Shown here: piece after piece, positions 14,255 through 27,135 of the stretch | How the letters are laid out: each line of letters begins with the position of its first letter | Numbering within the stretch: position 1 is the stretch's first letter | Source of the DNA: Microthyrium microscopicum | Taxonomy: Eukaryota | Assembly (NCBI GenBank): GCA_010405405.1 | Contig: MU004231.1 | Coordinates: 2,123,860 to 2,187,859, forward strand | Direction: 5' to 3' | DNA length: 64,000 nucleotides | The notes under the pieces: generated by a model | The model's input: only the letters and a program-made list of their open reading frames with translations | Database searches by the model: none | Told to the model about the DNA's origin: nothing | Translations under genes and position numbers: made by a program

Positions 14255-16261
14255 CTACTTGCCCAAGTCTAGCTTCTTTTCCGTATCTGCGGCCAGTTTC
14301 GCCGCTTCCTTCTTGAGACGTTTCTTCTCCTTCTCCCGCTCCTTAGATGCCTTCTTTGCTGCAGCTTTGGCAGCCTCCTCCGCCTTGGCCTTCTTTAGTT
14401 CTTCTCCACCATATGCCAGTTTCCATTCCTCTAGCTTCTCTACCGGGATTACTTTGAATAGAGGTGCAGGTGTTCCGAGTGTATGGCCTGGTTTGAGTTC
14501 GTTTGATTCCCAGGTATCTGGAATATGTGCTTTCGGTTCGAGACCAAGCTGTTGAAAGATGGCCTCGGCAGTGCTAGGCATGTATGGGTAGAGAACGCCG
14601 GCAAGGAGTTTTATTAGATTGAGTGCCTGGCCGATAACAGCAGCGCATCGATCAGGCTCTTCGGAGAATAGACGATTGTCCAGTTTGTTGTCTTGTAGAA
14701 GCTTATTGCCACATGATGAGATGTGCAGAATGTCTGCAATAGCTAGTCGAAGTTTGATTGCTTCCATGTGCTTGATGTAAGTGGTTAGATGGGCGTTGAC
14801 CTCTTTCTTAGACTCATCCAAGCTGGCATCTGTAAATTTGGTGTAGTCAGGAACAGTACCATCCATTTTGGCGTGACAGAATTTGGTCACTCGCAGAACC
14901 AAGTTGCCGATGTTTTTGAGCAACTCATTGTTGTTGGTGCTGATAAACTCTTCCCATTTGAATTCGGTGTCACCGCTTTCTGGCCTTCTTGAGAGAAGAT
15001 AGAATCGCCAGATATCGGGGTCGATACCAGTGTCTTTTGCGTTCGTGCCAAAGACGCCAACGCCTTTGGACTTGCTGAACTTGCCACCTTCGTAGTTGAG
15101 ATAATCCGTAGCAGACAGCTTGTGGACCTTGACCCAGTTATCACCAGTGCCAAGCTGGGAACCAGGGAAGATGATGGTATGGAATGGTACGTTGTCCTTT
15201 CCCATGAACTGGTATAGAGAAACATTATCAGGGTCCTTCCACCACTTTTCCCAGTTCTTGCCGCCAAGGTCTCCCGCATCAGTATAGTTGTTGGTGATAG
15301 AGACGTAACCAATGCAAGCATCGAACCATACGTAGAACACCTTGTTCTTGTACTCTTCTTCGTCAAGTCCTTTAATACCGGTCGGTATTGGTACACCCCA
15401 CTTGAGATCTCGAGTGATAGCGCGAGGCTTTAAGCCCTTGTCAATCCATGATTGTGTAATGGCAATGCAGTTTGCGCTCCATTCACCCTCCTTGCTCGCC
15501 TTGGAGTACCAATCGGCAATGTTGTCCTTGAGTGAATCGAGTTTAAGGTATAGATGCTTGGTACTTCGTCTCACTGGCGTAGTTCCGTCTACTTTGCAGT
15601 GTGGATTTATCAGCCAACCAGTAGCTTTCTCAGCAGGATCTTGGTCTTGGTCGTCGTCTCCAGCTCGGCGTTCGGGCTCAAATGGATCAAGAAGATTTCC
15701 ACACTTGTCGCATTGATCTCCACGGGCACCAAGATCATGACATATACTGCACTCTCCTTCCACAAATCGATCGGCCAGGAAAGTGTTATGCGCTTCGACT
15801 GGGCAGAAAGGTTGTATGGTCTCGCGTTCTTCGATGAAGCCGTTGTCCCATAGTGAACGGAATATGCTTTGGACGATTTGGGTTTGATGGGGAGTTGGAG
15901 TTTGACCGAATATGTCGAAATCTAATCGAAACCAGTCGTAGATCTCTTTGTGAATTGCGTGGTATTTTGCGCATAGGTCCGTTGGGGTCAACCCCTCCTC
16001 GAGAGCTTTCGTTTCGGTCGCTGTGCCATATTGATCCTAGATTTCGTTAGAGGACGTACCACGCAAAAGAGAATAGACTATACTCACTGATCCGCAGACA
16101 AAGAGGGTAGGAATGCCTCTAGCCTTACAAAATCGAGAGAAGACGTCGGCAGAGAGCACGCTCCCGATCAGATTGCCTAGATGTGGGACGTTGTTGACGT
16201 AGGGAAGAGCGCTGGTGATGAGTATGTTGCGCTGACCTGGGATAGGCAGCAATGGAGCCAT
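14255..16261 (-). CDS. MES1: Cytosolic-type methionyl-tRNA synthetase; 2 exons, intron 16037-16087
   Basis: [16 protein letters not shown] (HIGH-like), [11 protein letters not shown] across the intron, Zn-knuckle Cys pairs, [22 protein letters not shown] (KMSKS-like), Lys/Ala-rich C-terminal tail. Confidence 0.96.
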
Positions 16262-16962
16262 GACCTATTCTTCTTTCTTGTTTGGGGAAAATCAGCTATC
16301 GGATGCCTCTCAAACTTGCTCATGTATCAAAGTTGGGTGTGAGTCCACGGGGGCAGTGGAGTCAGAGCATCGAAATTCCGAGGCCCTGGGAACGCGGGGT
16401 GTGGCGCAGGTGGTCCCACAAGCCACATATCTCCTTTTCCTGCTTGACAACATTACGACGACTCCTTATCCAATGCTACACTACTCCATCTCCCGTGTTT
16501 CCAGCCTCGTCGTCCTGAAATGTACGTGTCCTGAAAAACTGGGCAGAGAGTATTGTAATGGCCCACTTCTCATAGCTATGGTTCTGATCATGTCGACATG
16601 ATACATCGAAAGCCCCTGAACGATGAGCTGCCATACTGAGAGAGAGAGAGCTTGATAAGTAAGAGAGTATGGGTTCAGTCAATGAGGCGACCAAGGCCTC
16701 CGTCAATGTGATCAAATTCGTCAACTCACAGTATCGAATGACGATGAGTGATCTATTCTGGTAGGTAGCTTAACTCGTACTCGATCTTGACTCATGTTGC
16801 TTCGTATTGAGAGCATGGGTGCCCTTCAGTCAAGGCAGCACGATATTTCCTAAGGCGAAGAGGTGCTGTCAGCTATACCAGGATAAAGGCACTTCTGCGC
16901 TGATTGATCTCTTCGAACAGCTCTCTGAAGTCTTCCGTCAACAATACAAACATAGTGTCCAA

Positions 16963-17752
16963 ATGGCAGTAGTAGGACAATCAAGCTTTATCCCTTTGAC
17001 TACAACCTTCACTCCTCCTTCAACATGTACTGAGACGCTTACACTGGTTCTCTTTGCATCCTCCAAATCAGGGACTGTCACATTACCATCAACGAGCATT
17101 TCTACTAGCATCTCTGGATTCTTATCAGATTGCTATCCATCAGACTTGCCGATAATTGAATACTACTCTCCTGGAATCTGTCCAAAAGGCTATACTCGAT
17201 TCTCGGAAACGACAAGGACAACTTCACTAGATAATCGTGAGCTGGCGGAAACCGCAGCATTGTGCTGCCCGAATGGATACACAGGCCAGTCGCAAGCTAC
17301 CGGCTTTCCAACAGCCCACGAGCTTTGCTCTTCTACTGTCAACAACATCGAAAACGCCACAGTGATAGAAATGTTTGACGTGAACAATGATCTTACCAGC
17401 AATATTCCCGATAGCATTCATTTCACTCCTTACCCGTCCTCTATATCTCAAGGTACGGTGACTGCAAGCGGGATCCAGGTTCGATGGAAGAGCGACGATT
17501 TCAACACTACGAGTACCACTAGTAGCAGTGTCAGCACAGCTCCTATAGCTACTACTAGTAGTAGTGGCTCTACCAGCCCAACACTTGTCGGTATGTCTCT
17601 TGTTTGCACTTTTTGACCCACAATTCTACCTATATTTTCCGCAATTGCGTTTGAGAAAGACTGAGGGACTGATTGATGTAGATGGCTCAAGGCCCTGTTT
17701 GATTACAGCTGCTACAGCTTTTCTAACGACTTTTCTGGTTTCTATTTTATGA
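16963..17752 (+). CDS. Hypothetical Cys-containing Ser/Thr-rich protein with hydrophobic C-terminal (GPI/TM-like) tail; intron 17591-17681
   Basis: 'PLTTTFTPPSTC', 'CYPS..YYSPGICP.GY', 'ALCCPNGY', 'IQVRWKSDD' pattern seen in uncharacterised fungal surface-type proteins. Splicing gives an in-frame tail DGSRPCLITAATAFLTTFLVSIL*. Confidence 0.7.
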
Positions 17753-17941
17753 AAGGAGCTCATTCATTTATTTCATCGTAGATGAGTTATTTACGTTACG
17801 AAACAATCTCGAGTCCTCGTCAATATGTACAAGAGATTAGGCTCAGATATCTATCCTATTTGTCCAAGTCGATCATTACTTCCATCAAGCCCGCCCATAG
17901 AATCCCAGCTTTACCCGTCTCTACAAAACGAACACTGATGT

Positions 17942-19005
17942 TCAAACCAAAACCCTTCCCCGAAAGATTTCAAAACTCCCAGCACTCCTAACAACACTTC
18001 TTCCCTGCGTAGCCTGCGCAGTATCACCACCTTCTTCCATCCTCTCCCCCCTGACAACCGCTCCCTCCGGCCTCTTCGGCTCATAATCTGGCGGCGCCTC
18101 TCCCCACTCCCCCCTTTGCATCCCATAACTCGGCCACTCGTTCGTCACATTTACCCTCCCACTTCTCCAATGCTCCTCATAAGCCGGCAACCCCTGATCA
18201 TAGCTATCCCTCCTTACCGTCATCCCACTCGCTCTCCTCCGTTCCCTTACATGTCGTCTGCGTAAAACTAGCGCCACCATTGCGGCGGACACCAGGAAGG
18301 CGACGATGAGAATGGGGTAAATGAAGATGCTTGGAAAGTGGCCTGGCGGTCCTGTATCATCATCTACGCGTGCGCCGGCGCGCGCGGGATCGGTGGCGCC
18401 ATAGGGAAGGGATTTACAATTGGAAGAGACATCGCTGGAAAGATAGTAGGATGCGCGGGTGGATGAGTTGGTTGCGGGACAGAGGGTTTGGCCGAGGGGA
18501 CCCCAAAGATCAGAGGCGTGTTGCGCGGAGGTACAGGACGGATCGGTGGTGCAGGCTAGAAAGTCGCCGCGGTCTAGGGTATAGATGGCTGATGCGGTGC
18601 AATCTGTGGTTGGGAGAAAGCCGGTTGTTTGGGTGGACTTTTGGGTATCTGGTGAACTTGTTAGTTTGGGTATGGTATGGAACTGATTATACTCTAGGGA
18701 AACGAACAGCAGGAAATTGGATTGAAGGGACATTGTTTCCAGTCTGTACTTGTGCATGATGGTAGTTGAACGTAGGCGGCTGCTTGACGGACTGGATGAT
18801 TTGGTTCATAGGATATGCCTGATGTGGTGGTGACGGTTTGAGTATCTGGTATCATGCAGAGGCCATTTTCCATGCATTGGTAGTTTGAAGGACAGCACAG
18901 TGCGGCATTCTGTGGTGTTGTTGGACCGCAAGGAATTTGACTTGGTGTTGGTTCTTGAAATATATTGTAGCAGGTTTGCGAGAATACATGAGATGAGCCG
19001 TCCAT
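17942..19005 (-). CDS. Hypothetical Cys-rich single-pass membrane protein with cytoplasmic PY-like motifs; one intron (~18649-18705); start codon uncertain
   Basis: Cys-rich N-part (CC..NYQCMENGLC, SCTSTDWKQCP) splices via GTTCGT..CTAAC..CAG into the 17942 ORF, which has TM IFIYPILIVAFLVSAAMVALVL-RRR plus LPAY and PPDY motifs. Confidence 0.65.
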
Positions 19006-19882
19006 TTTGATCAATTGAGTTTGAACCACTGTCGCAAAGAAGGGAAACCAAACTCCAACCAAGTCAGGTCGGACTGGTGTAAGCTTAAGTCTGTTCGCTC
19101 CATCTTGTTTATCAAAGCCTGTGTGCTATTCCCAATTGACGGGAAATTTCACGAGTCGTGGATGTATCTCAGGAGGTTCATTGCTAGGAGACACACCTTC
19201 CTTGCTTGGAGTGACAGGAGTCGTTGGCATTCCCTGTCTTATAACGTTGATCCTTGTGCAGATAGGGGGTTAACAACGAATCAGCGATTGAAGGAAGCCC
19301 TTATTATAGATTTGTACATTCCCAGTCAAGTTACTGGATTCATAAGGAGTAACTGTAAAAGTTCTTTCTCAAGGATTTCGACTGATTTGGCAACTTGATG
19401 GATTAGCTTGAATGATGATAGCAGAGGTTGGACAGACTTAGTGAAACAGAAGGGGCACGAATGACTTGTTCCTACTTAAGTCAATGATTTGTGTCCAGGT
19501 TTTAAGATTCAAGTTTGAAATCGATAGACGTTCCGGAGATTTTGTCTTTCATGGCGAGTTGAAGTCTAAAACAGATCGACTATCAGCTTACCTTGTAGAT
19601 CGCTTCGCGCCTTTGTTGAAAATATCGCTGTGTGATCGACTCTGGGTAACCGTCTCGCAAGAAAAACTGCTGTAGTCGAGTTCGTTAGTAGTCACAAAAT
19701 CTGAAATAGCATACAGAAAAGACAACCGTTGAATTTATGATGGGCTGAATGACCCAGGCTGAATATAATGTGTCGTAAAGTTTGGCAAACTGCTAACTTT
19801 TCATCTCATGGGTGTTATGATGAACAACAACGTCAAGAAAGTGAGCAAGTGTCATATGAAAGGTTGACGAATGATGTGAAGC

Positions 19883-20491
19883 CTAGTAGCCGAGATCTTT
19901 GAGATATTTTGCCAACTTTTCCACCACGTCCACACATTGTGGTGTCATGACTGTCTCTGGGTGATGGGCGAGGATGAGAGCTTGGGTGGTTTTTGCGACA
20001 ACGAAACCTTCCTTTCCCTATCACATTGTTAGTCACTTCACTAAACAGCTTTGCTAGAGATGCTTACACTTCGACCCATCAATACACCTGGGTTTGTTTC
20101 ACTATCAGGGGTGCTAATGGCCATGTACTTGACGGCATTGACCTTGAATCCACCAGCTAGAACATCAGAGGACTTGGTGAATGAGCCAACGATGACTTGC
20201 ATCTCTTCAGGAGAGATCTGACAGCAGTCAGTATCCATATGTTGTACCCTCGTTGTCTGTTGTATAACGGACCTTGAAGTTGGTGGCGTGTGCCCAATCA
20301 TCCTTGCCGTCGACGCTGAAAATGGCGGCACTGTCAATGTAACCGGTGCCAACAAGGCTGGAATGCGTCAGTTTATAGAAGGGTAAGGAATTCGCCGAAC
20401 AGGCAGACGGACCTGGAGTCGATATATGCTAAGAAGTGATTAGTTCAGTGCTCAAACGATGATGCGAAAGCTACTCACCTTGCCACGACAT
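19883..20491 (-). CDS. PFY1: Profilin; 5 exons including 13-nt and 16-nt micro-exons
   Basis: Spliced product MSWQAYIDSSLVGTGYIDSAAIFSVDGKDDWA...ISPEEM...GKEGFVVAKTTQALILAHHPE...VVEKLAKYLKDLGY*, the classic profilin N- and C-termini. Confidence 0.95.
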
Positions 20492-21064
20492 GATGTAAGA
20501 GCTAGTATGCTAGAGAAAGCGCTTGCGAAAGTAAGAGAGCTGGGAGAAAACAGTAAGGAGAGTATAAAGAGGAGTCGAGAATTGGAGAAGGTGTAGACGG
20601 TAGGCAGAAGAAACAGTGTTTTAGATGAGCTTCTTCTTCATCATCCATCGGTTGCCCAGGCAAGAAATCAGACCAGGCAAGCCACCTCAAGCACGCGGGG
20701 CACCACCCCACCTTGTTCCAGACCATTCGCCTGCATCACCACCAATTCTGGTCAAGGTCCATAATATCTTCTTGAAACTTTTGTATGTACATAAGTCAAA
20801 CTGTTTTAAACTTTCTTTCTGCCAATTTCGCTCAATGGCGTCTCCACAGTCGATATCAAAAGTTTGGTTTGCAGCAAACTCCGGCATTACATCATCGCAG
20901 TGGTTGATGGCTGACTAATGTAAAGATAAGATCTTTGACTTGGACATCAGATCTCCATCTCGGACAAACTCCAAGCATCGTGAAGGAAGCCTCGGATCCC
21001 TTTTCCCTCACAAAAACCTCTCCATTCGTACTCTGCAATCCTTCAGTACATCTCAGTCTGCACC

Positions 21065-21787
21065 ATGTCCATAAGAACGCCCTTCGTATGCGCGCGATGT
21101 CTTCAAACAACCCGCCAATCGCGCCCATCCATTCATGGCCTCACTCAAGCATTCACCCGACAATCTAGATCAAGTCTAAGATCATACTCAAAGATCCAAA
21201 TAACATCCTCTATCCGATCGATCCCCTCTAAAGCCTTATACTCGTCAAATCGGGTCGTAAAATCATACTCAACAGCAACAACACCCACCACAAGCGCTTC
21301 GCCACCACCACCGCCTCCATCTCAAGCACAACCACAAACGCTCCCCATCCTCAATCCCCAATTCGCCGAAGACACCAAGAAACCATACCTCATATCCATC
21401 ACTCCTCGAGCTGCGCACCGTCTGACGACCATAATGGCGAAAGACGCTGATCCAGCTCTTGTGTTACGCATCACTGTCGAGTCAGGCGGATGTCACGGAT
21501 TTCAATATCTAATGAGTTTGGAAGACACGACGAAGGTTGACGCTGAAGATGACACCTTGTTCGTATATGACAAGACTGGATCATTGGGGGAGACGGATGA
21601 AGGTCTGGTAGAGACCATGGGCAGTGCATTACCAAAAGTGGTGATGGACTCGTCAAGTCTGGAACTATTGGAAGGCAGCAAAGTCGATTATACGATGGAG
21701 TTGATTGGGAGTCAGTTCAAGATTGTGGATAATCCGCGAGCGACGAGTAGTTGTGGATGTGGGACGAGTTTTGATGTGAAGATCTGA
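21065..21787 (+). CDS. ISA2: Mitochondrial iron-sulfur cluster assembly A-type carrier (Isa2/IscA2, HesB family)
   Basis: Arg/Ser-rich presequence; LRITVESGGCHGFQY, SKVDYTMELIGSQF and SSCGCGTSF motifs. Confidence 0.95.
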   Translation: MSIRTPFVCARCLQTTRQSRPSIHGLTQAFTRQSRSSLRSYSKIQITSSIRSIPSKALYSSNRVVKSYSTATTPTTSASPPPPPPSQAQPQTLPILNPQFAEDTKKPYLISITPRAAHRLTTIMAKDADPALVLRITVESGGCHGFQYLMSLEDTTKVDAEDDTLFVYDKTGSLGETDEGLVETMGSALPKVVMDSSSLELLEGSKVDYTMELIGSQFKIVDNPRATSSCGCGTSFDVKI

Positions 21788-21975
21788 CGAGAAATAGGCA
21801 CATGAAGATGAGTATGATACCCTTACACTAGAATCATGAAAGCGGATTGCAAGCGTCTTTTCAATACTTATGACGAAGATATATATTTTAGTGCAACCCC
21901 ATCATCATCTTTTTCAACTAAAAGTCGTAAAATGCGTCTCAATTTTGGCCAAATCTATCCCAAAATAGCAAAAAT

Positions 21976-23191
21976 TTATCCTTGGACCTTCTTGACGACC
22001 TCGAGAACATCCTTGTATAGAGCATCGCTCTCCTTCAATCCGGTGACCTTGTCAACGACAGCAGCGGCATCGTTCTCTTTGAGGATCTTGGCGAGCTCAA
22101 CGGACTCTTCATCACCCTCGACATTTTGGAATCGGAATGCGGCCTCGATGGTAGCCAGTAGCGCAACTGGCTTGTAACCATCCTTGGCGAGCTCAGCAGC
22201 AGGTGCGACTAGACGCTCACCACGGCTGAGCTTTCGGAGTGGCTGGCGACCGACACGGTCGACTTTGTCGAGAAGAGCTTTGTTGGAGAAGCGCTTGATG
22301 ATCTTTTCCACATAGGCGTTCTGCTCGTCTTCTGCGATTCCGTGCTTCGAGACAATGAGCTTGGCAGTCTCTTTGAGTGTCGCATCGACCTTTGAGCGGA
22401 TATCAGCATCAGCCAAAGCCTCATGGATCCACTCCTTGCCAGCGAGCTTGGCAAAGTAGGCAGTGGTAGCGTGGCCAGTGTTGACGGTGAAGAGCTTGCG
22501 CTCAATGTATGGGCTCAAATCCTCAACGTAGTGAATAGCGCTGACTTTTGGCTCCTCCATTCCCTTGAATGGTGGTAGCTCAACACACCATTCCCAGAAA
22601 GACTCGATCTTGACGTTCATGCCGGCATCAGCATCCTGGTGTGGCACGATACGGTCGACGGCTGAGTTGGCGAAACGTGCAACTTCGTCAATCTTGCCCT
22701 TAGTCTCGTCTGTGAGATCCTTGAAGATGAACTCTTTGAGCGTGTTGGTAGCCATGACTGCGTTTTCGCATGCAATGACTGCGGCAGGAGTGGATGCTTT
22801 GCGGGCATTGAGACCTTTGGCGATGACTGGTGCAATGAACTTGAGAATGTTTGGGCCGACGGCACAGGTGACGGTGTCGGCGGTGGCAATCTCTGAGATC
22901 ACATCTGCTTCGTGGGTTTTGCTGTTGAGGGCGCGGTAGTTGTCGACTTTGGTGGTCTTAGTGCCTTCCTCGCCGACTTCGGTGACGGTGTAGGTTGGGG
23001 TGGCATTTAGTTTGTCGATGAGGGCGTCGACTACATCAACGAAGACGACTTCATAGCCTGCTTGGTGGAGAAATTCGGCGACGAAGCCTCTATGAGTTGT
23101 TTATCAGTTATTGCCCCGCGTTGAGACTGATGTAGGTCACTGACCGGCCAATGTTCCCACCGCCGAAATGGATTGCTTTCTTTCCGGTCAT
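21976..23191 (-). CDS. mpdA: Mannitol-1-phosphate 5-dehydrogenase; 2 exons, intron ~23090-23144
   Basis: [35 protein letters not shown]ossmann motif; [44 protein letters not shown]. Confidence 0.96.
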
Positions 23192-25619
23192 TGTGATGTT
23201 TTAGTGTATGGATATCGAAATTTGAAAGAATTGAGAGAAAAGTTGAAGAATTGAAAGTGGTGGGGTAGAAAATGGGGGGAGCGATGAGCTGTTATGAGGC
23301 TGCGGGACGAAGAGCTAGATCAATGTATGACTTTTGTCACACCGCCAAATCCCACGTGTACAACAATTAATGCAGAAAACTTTTGGATAGAAAGCTAGAG
23401 CTCGTGAATTCAGATTGAACAAGTTTTCAGATGAGAGAATTTTGCAGGACGCAAAGGTTTGACCCCAAATAAAGGGTCATGAAAGTTTATATAAAAAGTC
23501 CACGTCAATTGATCAACCCCGCGCTCGGAGTCGCAGCAACAAGGACAATCCCCCATGCATTTTTTACAGTCTTGTCCAATGCGTTGCGATACCTTCCGTT
23601 CCCTGTGAAGGCCAAGTCTAGTGCTATCAGACACGATGGTAGGTATGTGGCATATTGAAATCTAATGCCTCACCGAGTAATAACCTGTCGCTAAACGCTT
23701 CATCCCACTCAGCCCAGCCATGCAGTGTCAGTCACGCCCTGCTCACGGTTTTTACGCCTCAATCGTCCTCTCAGATGTCGAGGAATTGTGTCTTTGGTTC
23801 ATCCATTTTCTCAAACTCGACGATCAGCAACTAACATCATCACGTCACTGACTGGGATGGTGCATTCGGGCGACCTTCTGCGACTGGGATAAGCAATTGT
23901 TAAATAGTGCCAGTGGTACTCCACCCATTTGCGCTTCCGGAGCTACAGTGCTAGCTATCTTAATCCTCTCAAGCGCCAATCGCGTGGTAGGAGTGTTTTG
24001 GTAGCCTTATGTTACGGCATCAAGCTACTCAAAATGATGGGTTACAATAGCCAAATCACAGATAAGCACTCAGGTAGGGGTCAGGAAGGCTCGTTCGAGG
24101 CTATATAGGGGCTACCTATAACTTATAGGGCTAGAGATTATGATATAAGGGTTAAAGCTTCAAAATGTAATAACTACTAACTAAGTAAGGGTTCAAAAAA
24201 ATTTTATAACTTTACTAAGATATAGGCTTATAAATTAAATAAGGCTTTAAATATTTTTAAAGGCATTTATTATATTATAGACTAAGTCGTATAGTAGAAT
24301 TCATTTTCTAAAGAAGTCTACTTATTATAATTAACCTACTAACTAAGAATAGGTTATAAGATACTTTACTAAATTAATTTTAATAGATTTTAATATATTT
24401 TTAAAATATTTTAAGAATAATATAAATACTACCCTATATAAGGAAGGATTTATAAAGTATAATACTTTATAAAATAGATATACTTAAATTTACTTAAAGG
24501 CCCTTAGGAGCCTACTTCTACGTTATAGCCTTAAGTATAAAAAGCCTACTAGCTTAGAGAAGGCTTTAATATATAAATAAGCTTATACGCATAAAGTAGA
24601 TTATACGTACAAAAAATAAATCTAGCTAGATCTAGATTAAGTAGATTAGCTTATATACTAATTTATCTACTTAATTAGCTAATTTAATTAGATTACTTAC
24701 GTATAGCTTACTTAATTAGTTATTAAAATATAAAATATTTATTACTATTAATTAATAATATCTATTACTATATATAGCTTACTATTATTATTATCTAGAC
24801 TAGCCACTACTATACTTATATATACCTTATATTCTTCTTAAGACCTACTATAGCTTATTATAGCCTTTACTATATTAACTATATAGCCTAGAATTATAGT
24901 AGAAGCTTAAAGGTCTCTACTTCTAGTATTTAACTACTTAACGTAGTATAATAGCTTTAAGAACTAGTTATAGTTAGCATATCTTTAAAGAGTAGTAATA
25001 GGTAACTACTAACTAGTATAGCCTAGGCATAGGCTTAGGTTACCTATATAATTAGAATAGAGTAGGTATAGTAGCTTAGGCAATATAGTAGACAATTCTA
25101 TAAGTAAGGAAAAATACTTTAAGAGAGGCAGTTTATATATATTACTAAATCTATATTAGTAGGTAATTTTAATAGTATAATAATATTAAACTTATACCTC
25201 TATATTTAAGCTATATAATATATAACTAACTATAGTAAATTATAGTAATTCTATTCTACTATATTTAGCTTAAATAATAAAGTTATTTAAATAAAGTATA
25301 TTACAAATAGCTACTCTTAATAAATATACTTATTAATAGAGGTAGAATTAAGTTAAGATATTAGTATTACTAAGATAATATATATAATATAGAAAAGGAA
25401 AAGAGAATAAAGATTATGCCTAGTATTATATATAACTCTAGTTTAAAGTTATAAGCTAAATAAGGTTATTTAATAAAATATTAGTAGTAAATTATAGCAA
25501 AAGAAATAATAGATTCTAAGGACATTATATTAGGGTTCTAAGGCCTTAGTTTATCTCCTATATCTCCTAATATAATTTCTAGCTCTATCCTTTTATTATT
25601 TATTATCTAGTCATTCTAA

Positions 25620-25710
25620 AGCTAGAGCTAGAGCTAGAGCTAGAGCTAGTACTAGTACTAGTACTAGTACTAGTACTAGAGCTAGTACTAGAGCTAGTAC
25701 TAGTACTAAG
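25620..25710 (+). repeat. Hexamer tandem array (GCTAGA/GCTAGT/ACTAGT)n, about 15 units
   Basis: gctagagctagagctagagctagagctagtactagtactagt... read directly. Confidence 0.9.
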
Positions 25711-26847
25711 GCTATATATAGTAGAGTTCCTAGAGTATCTTTCTATTATCTAATTATATAGTCTTAGTATTAGTATTATAAGAAGTTACTATTAATATAT
25801 AAAGAAATTAATATAGTAAAGTATAGTCTATATTACCTAAATAGTAGTTAGTAGTAAATTCTTCTATAGTATAAGGGCAAGAAAGCTTATATTTAAATAA
25901 TAAAAGAGGTATATATATTATAGCTATAATAACTAGTAGTTAGCAATAGCTTATACTATATAGAGGTAGTTATACTTACTATAAATTAATAAGAAGGATT
26001 TAGCGTTACTATAAGATAAGTAAGAGTAGTTAAGAATAGCTTCTTAATAATAGGGAGATAAGTAAGCTTACTTTTAATTAATTAATAGGCATAGAACCTA
26101 TTAAGTATAGAGTACCTTAAAAAGTTAAATAGTAATTAGCCTATATATTAGATATAATAATAAGCTACTAGATATTAGAACTAACTTATAACGTATAGTA
26201 TAGAGATAATAAGAGTTAGAAACTATAAGCTAGAAACTAGAAACTAGAAACTAGAAACTAGGAACTAATAGCTAGATATTAGAAGCTAGAAGCTAAAAAC
26301 TAGAAGCCTATATAAAAGACTAGAAGCTACCTTAGTCTAATTATAAAAGGTACTTAGATATAGCTAGAGCTCTTAATTTAATAGTCTTATTCTAGTTTAA
26401 GAAGTCTAATAGTATAGATATAGGTTAAGATAAAGGTTATAAACGTATATTCTAATAAAAGATACTAGTTATATATAAGATAGTACTAACCTTCTACTTA
26501 CCTTTAGTAGAATATATATATTTGTATTAAATACTAAAGTATAACATAACTATATTATAGTTAGTATATTAAGTCTAAGCATAGTAACTTATGCTAATAC
26601 TTATATTAGTTAATCTAAGATAGGCTTATATATATATATATTATATTTATAGATACTAAGATTAGATATATAACATTTAATATTATTAAATAAGAGATCC
26701 TAGCTAATAACTAGCTACTCTATTATATTATAAAAGTTAAAAGTATAATTAAGCTATCTAAGATAATATATTCCTATATACCTATAATAGATAAACGTTT
26801 AATATTATTACACTAGAATCTTTTTAGTAACTAAAGTTAATTATTTA

Positions 26848-27135
26848 GAAGATCTTCTAAGGTTATAATTAGAAGAATAGCCTATAGTATTTAAGGATCT
26901 AGGCTATTACTCTACTAAGATAAGAAGATACTAGATAAGAAATCTTCTAAGGCTATAATTAGAAGAATAGCTATAGCATTTAGGAAATCTAGGCTATTAC
27001 CCTACTAAGATAAAAAGATACTAGATAGAAGATTTTCTAAGGCTATAATTAGAAGGATAGCTATAGCATTTAGGGAATCTAGGCTATTACTCTACTAAGA
27101 TAAGATAAGAAGATACTAGATAGGAGGTTTTCTAA
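26848..27135 (+). repeat. ~90-bp tandem repeat, 3+ copies; related dispersed copies at ~29430-29910
   Basis: Unit 'tcttctaaggctataattagaagaatagctatagcatttagg..atctaggctattac.ctactaagataa' recurs at ~26851, 26941 and 27031. Confidence 0.85.
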
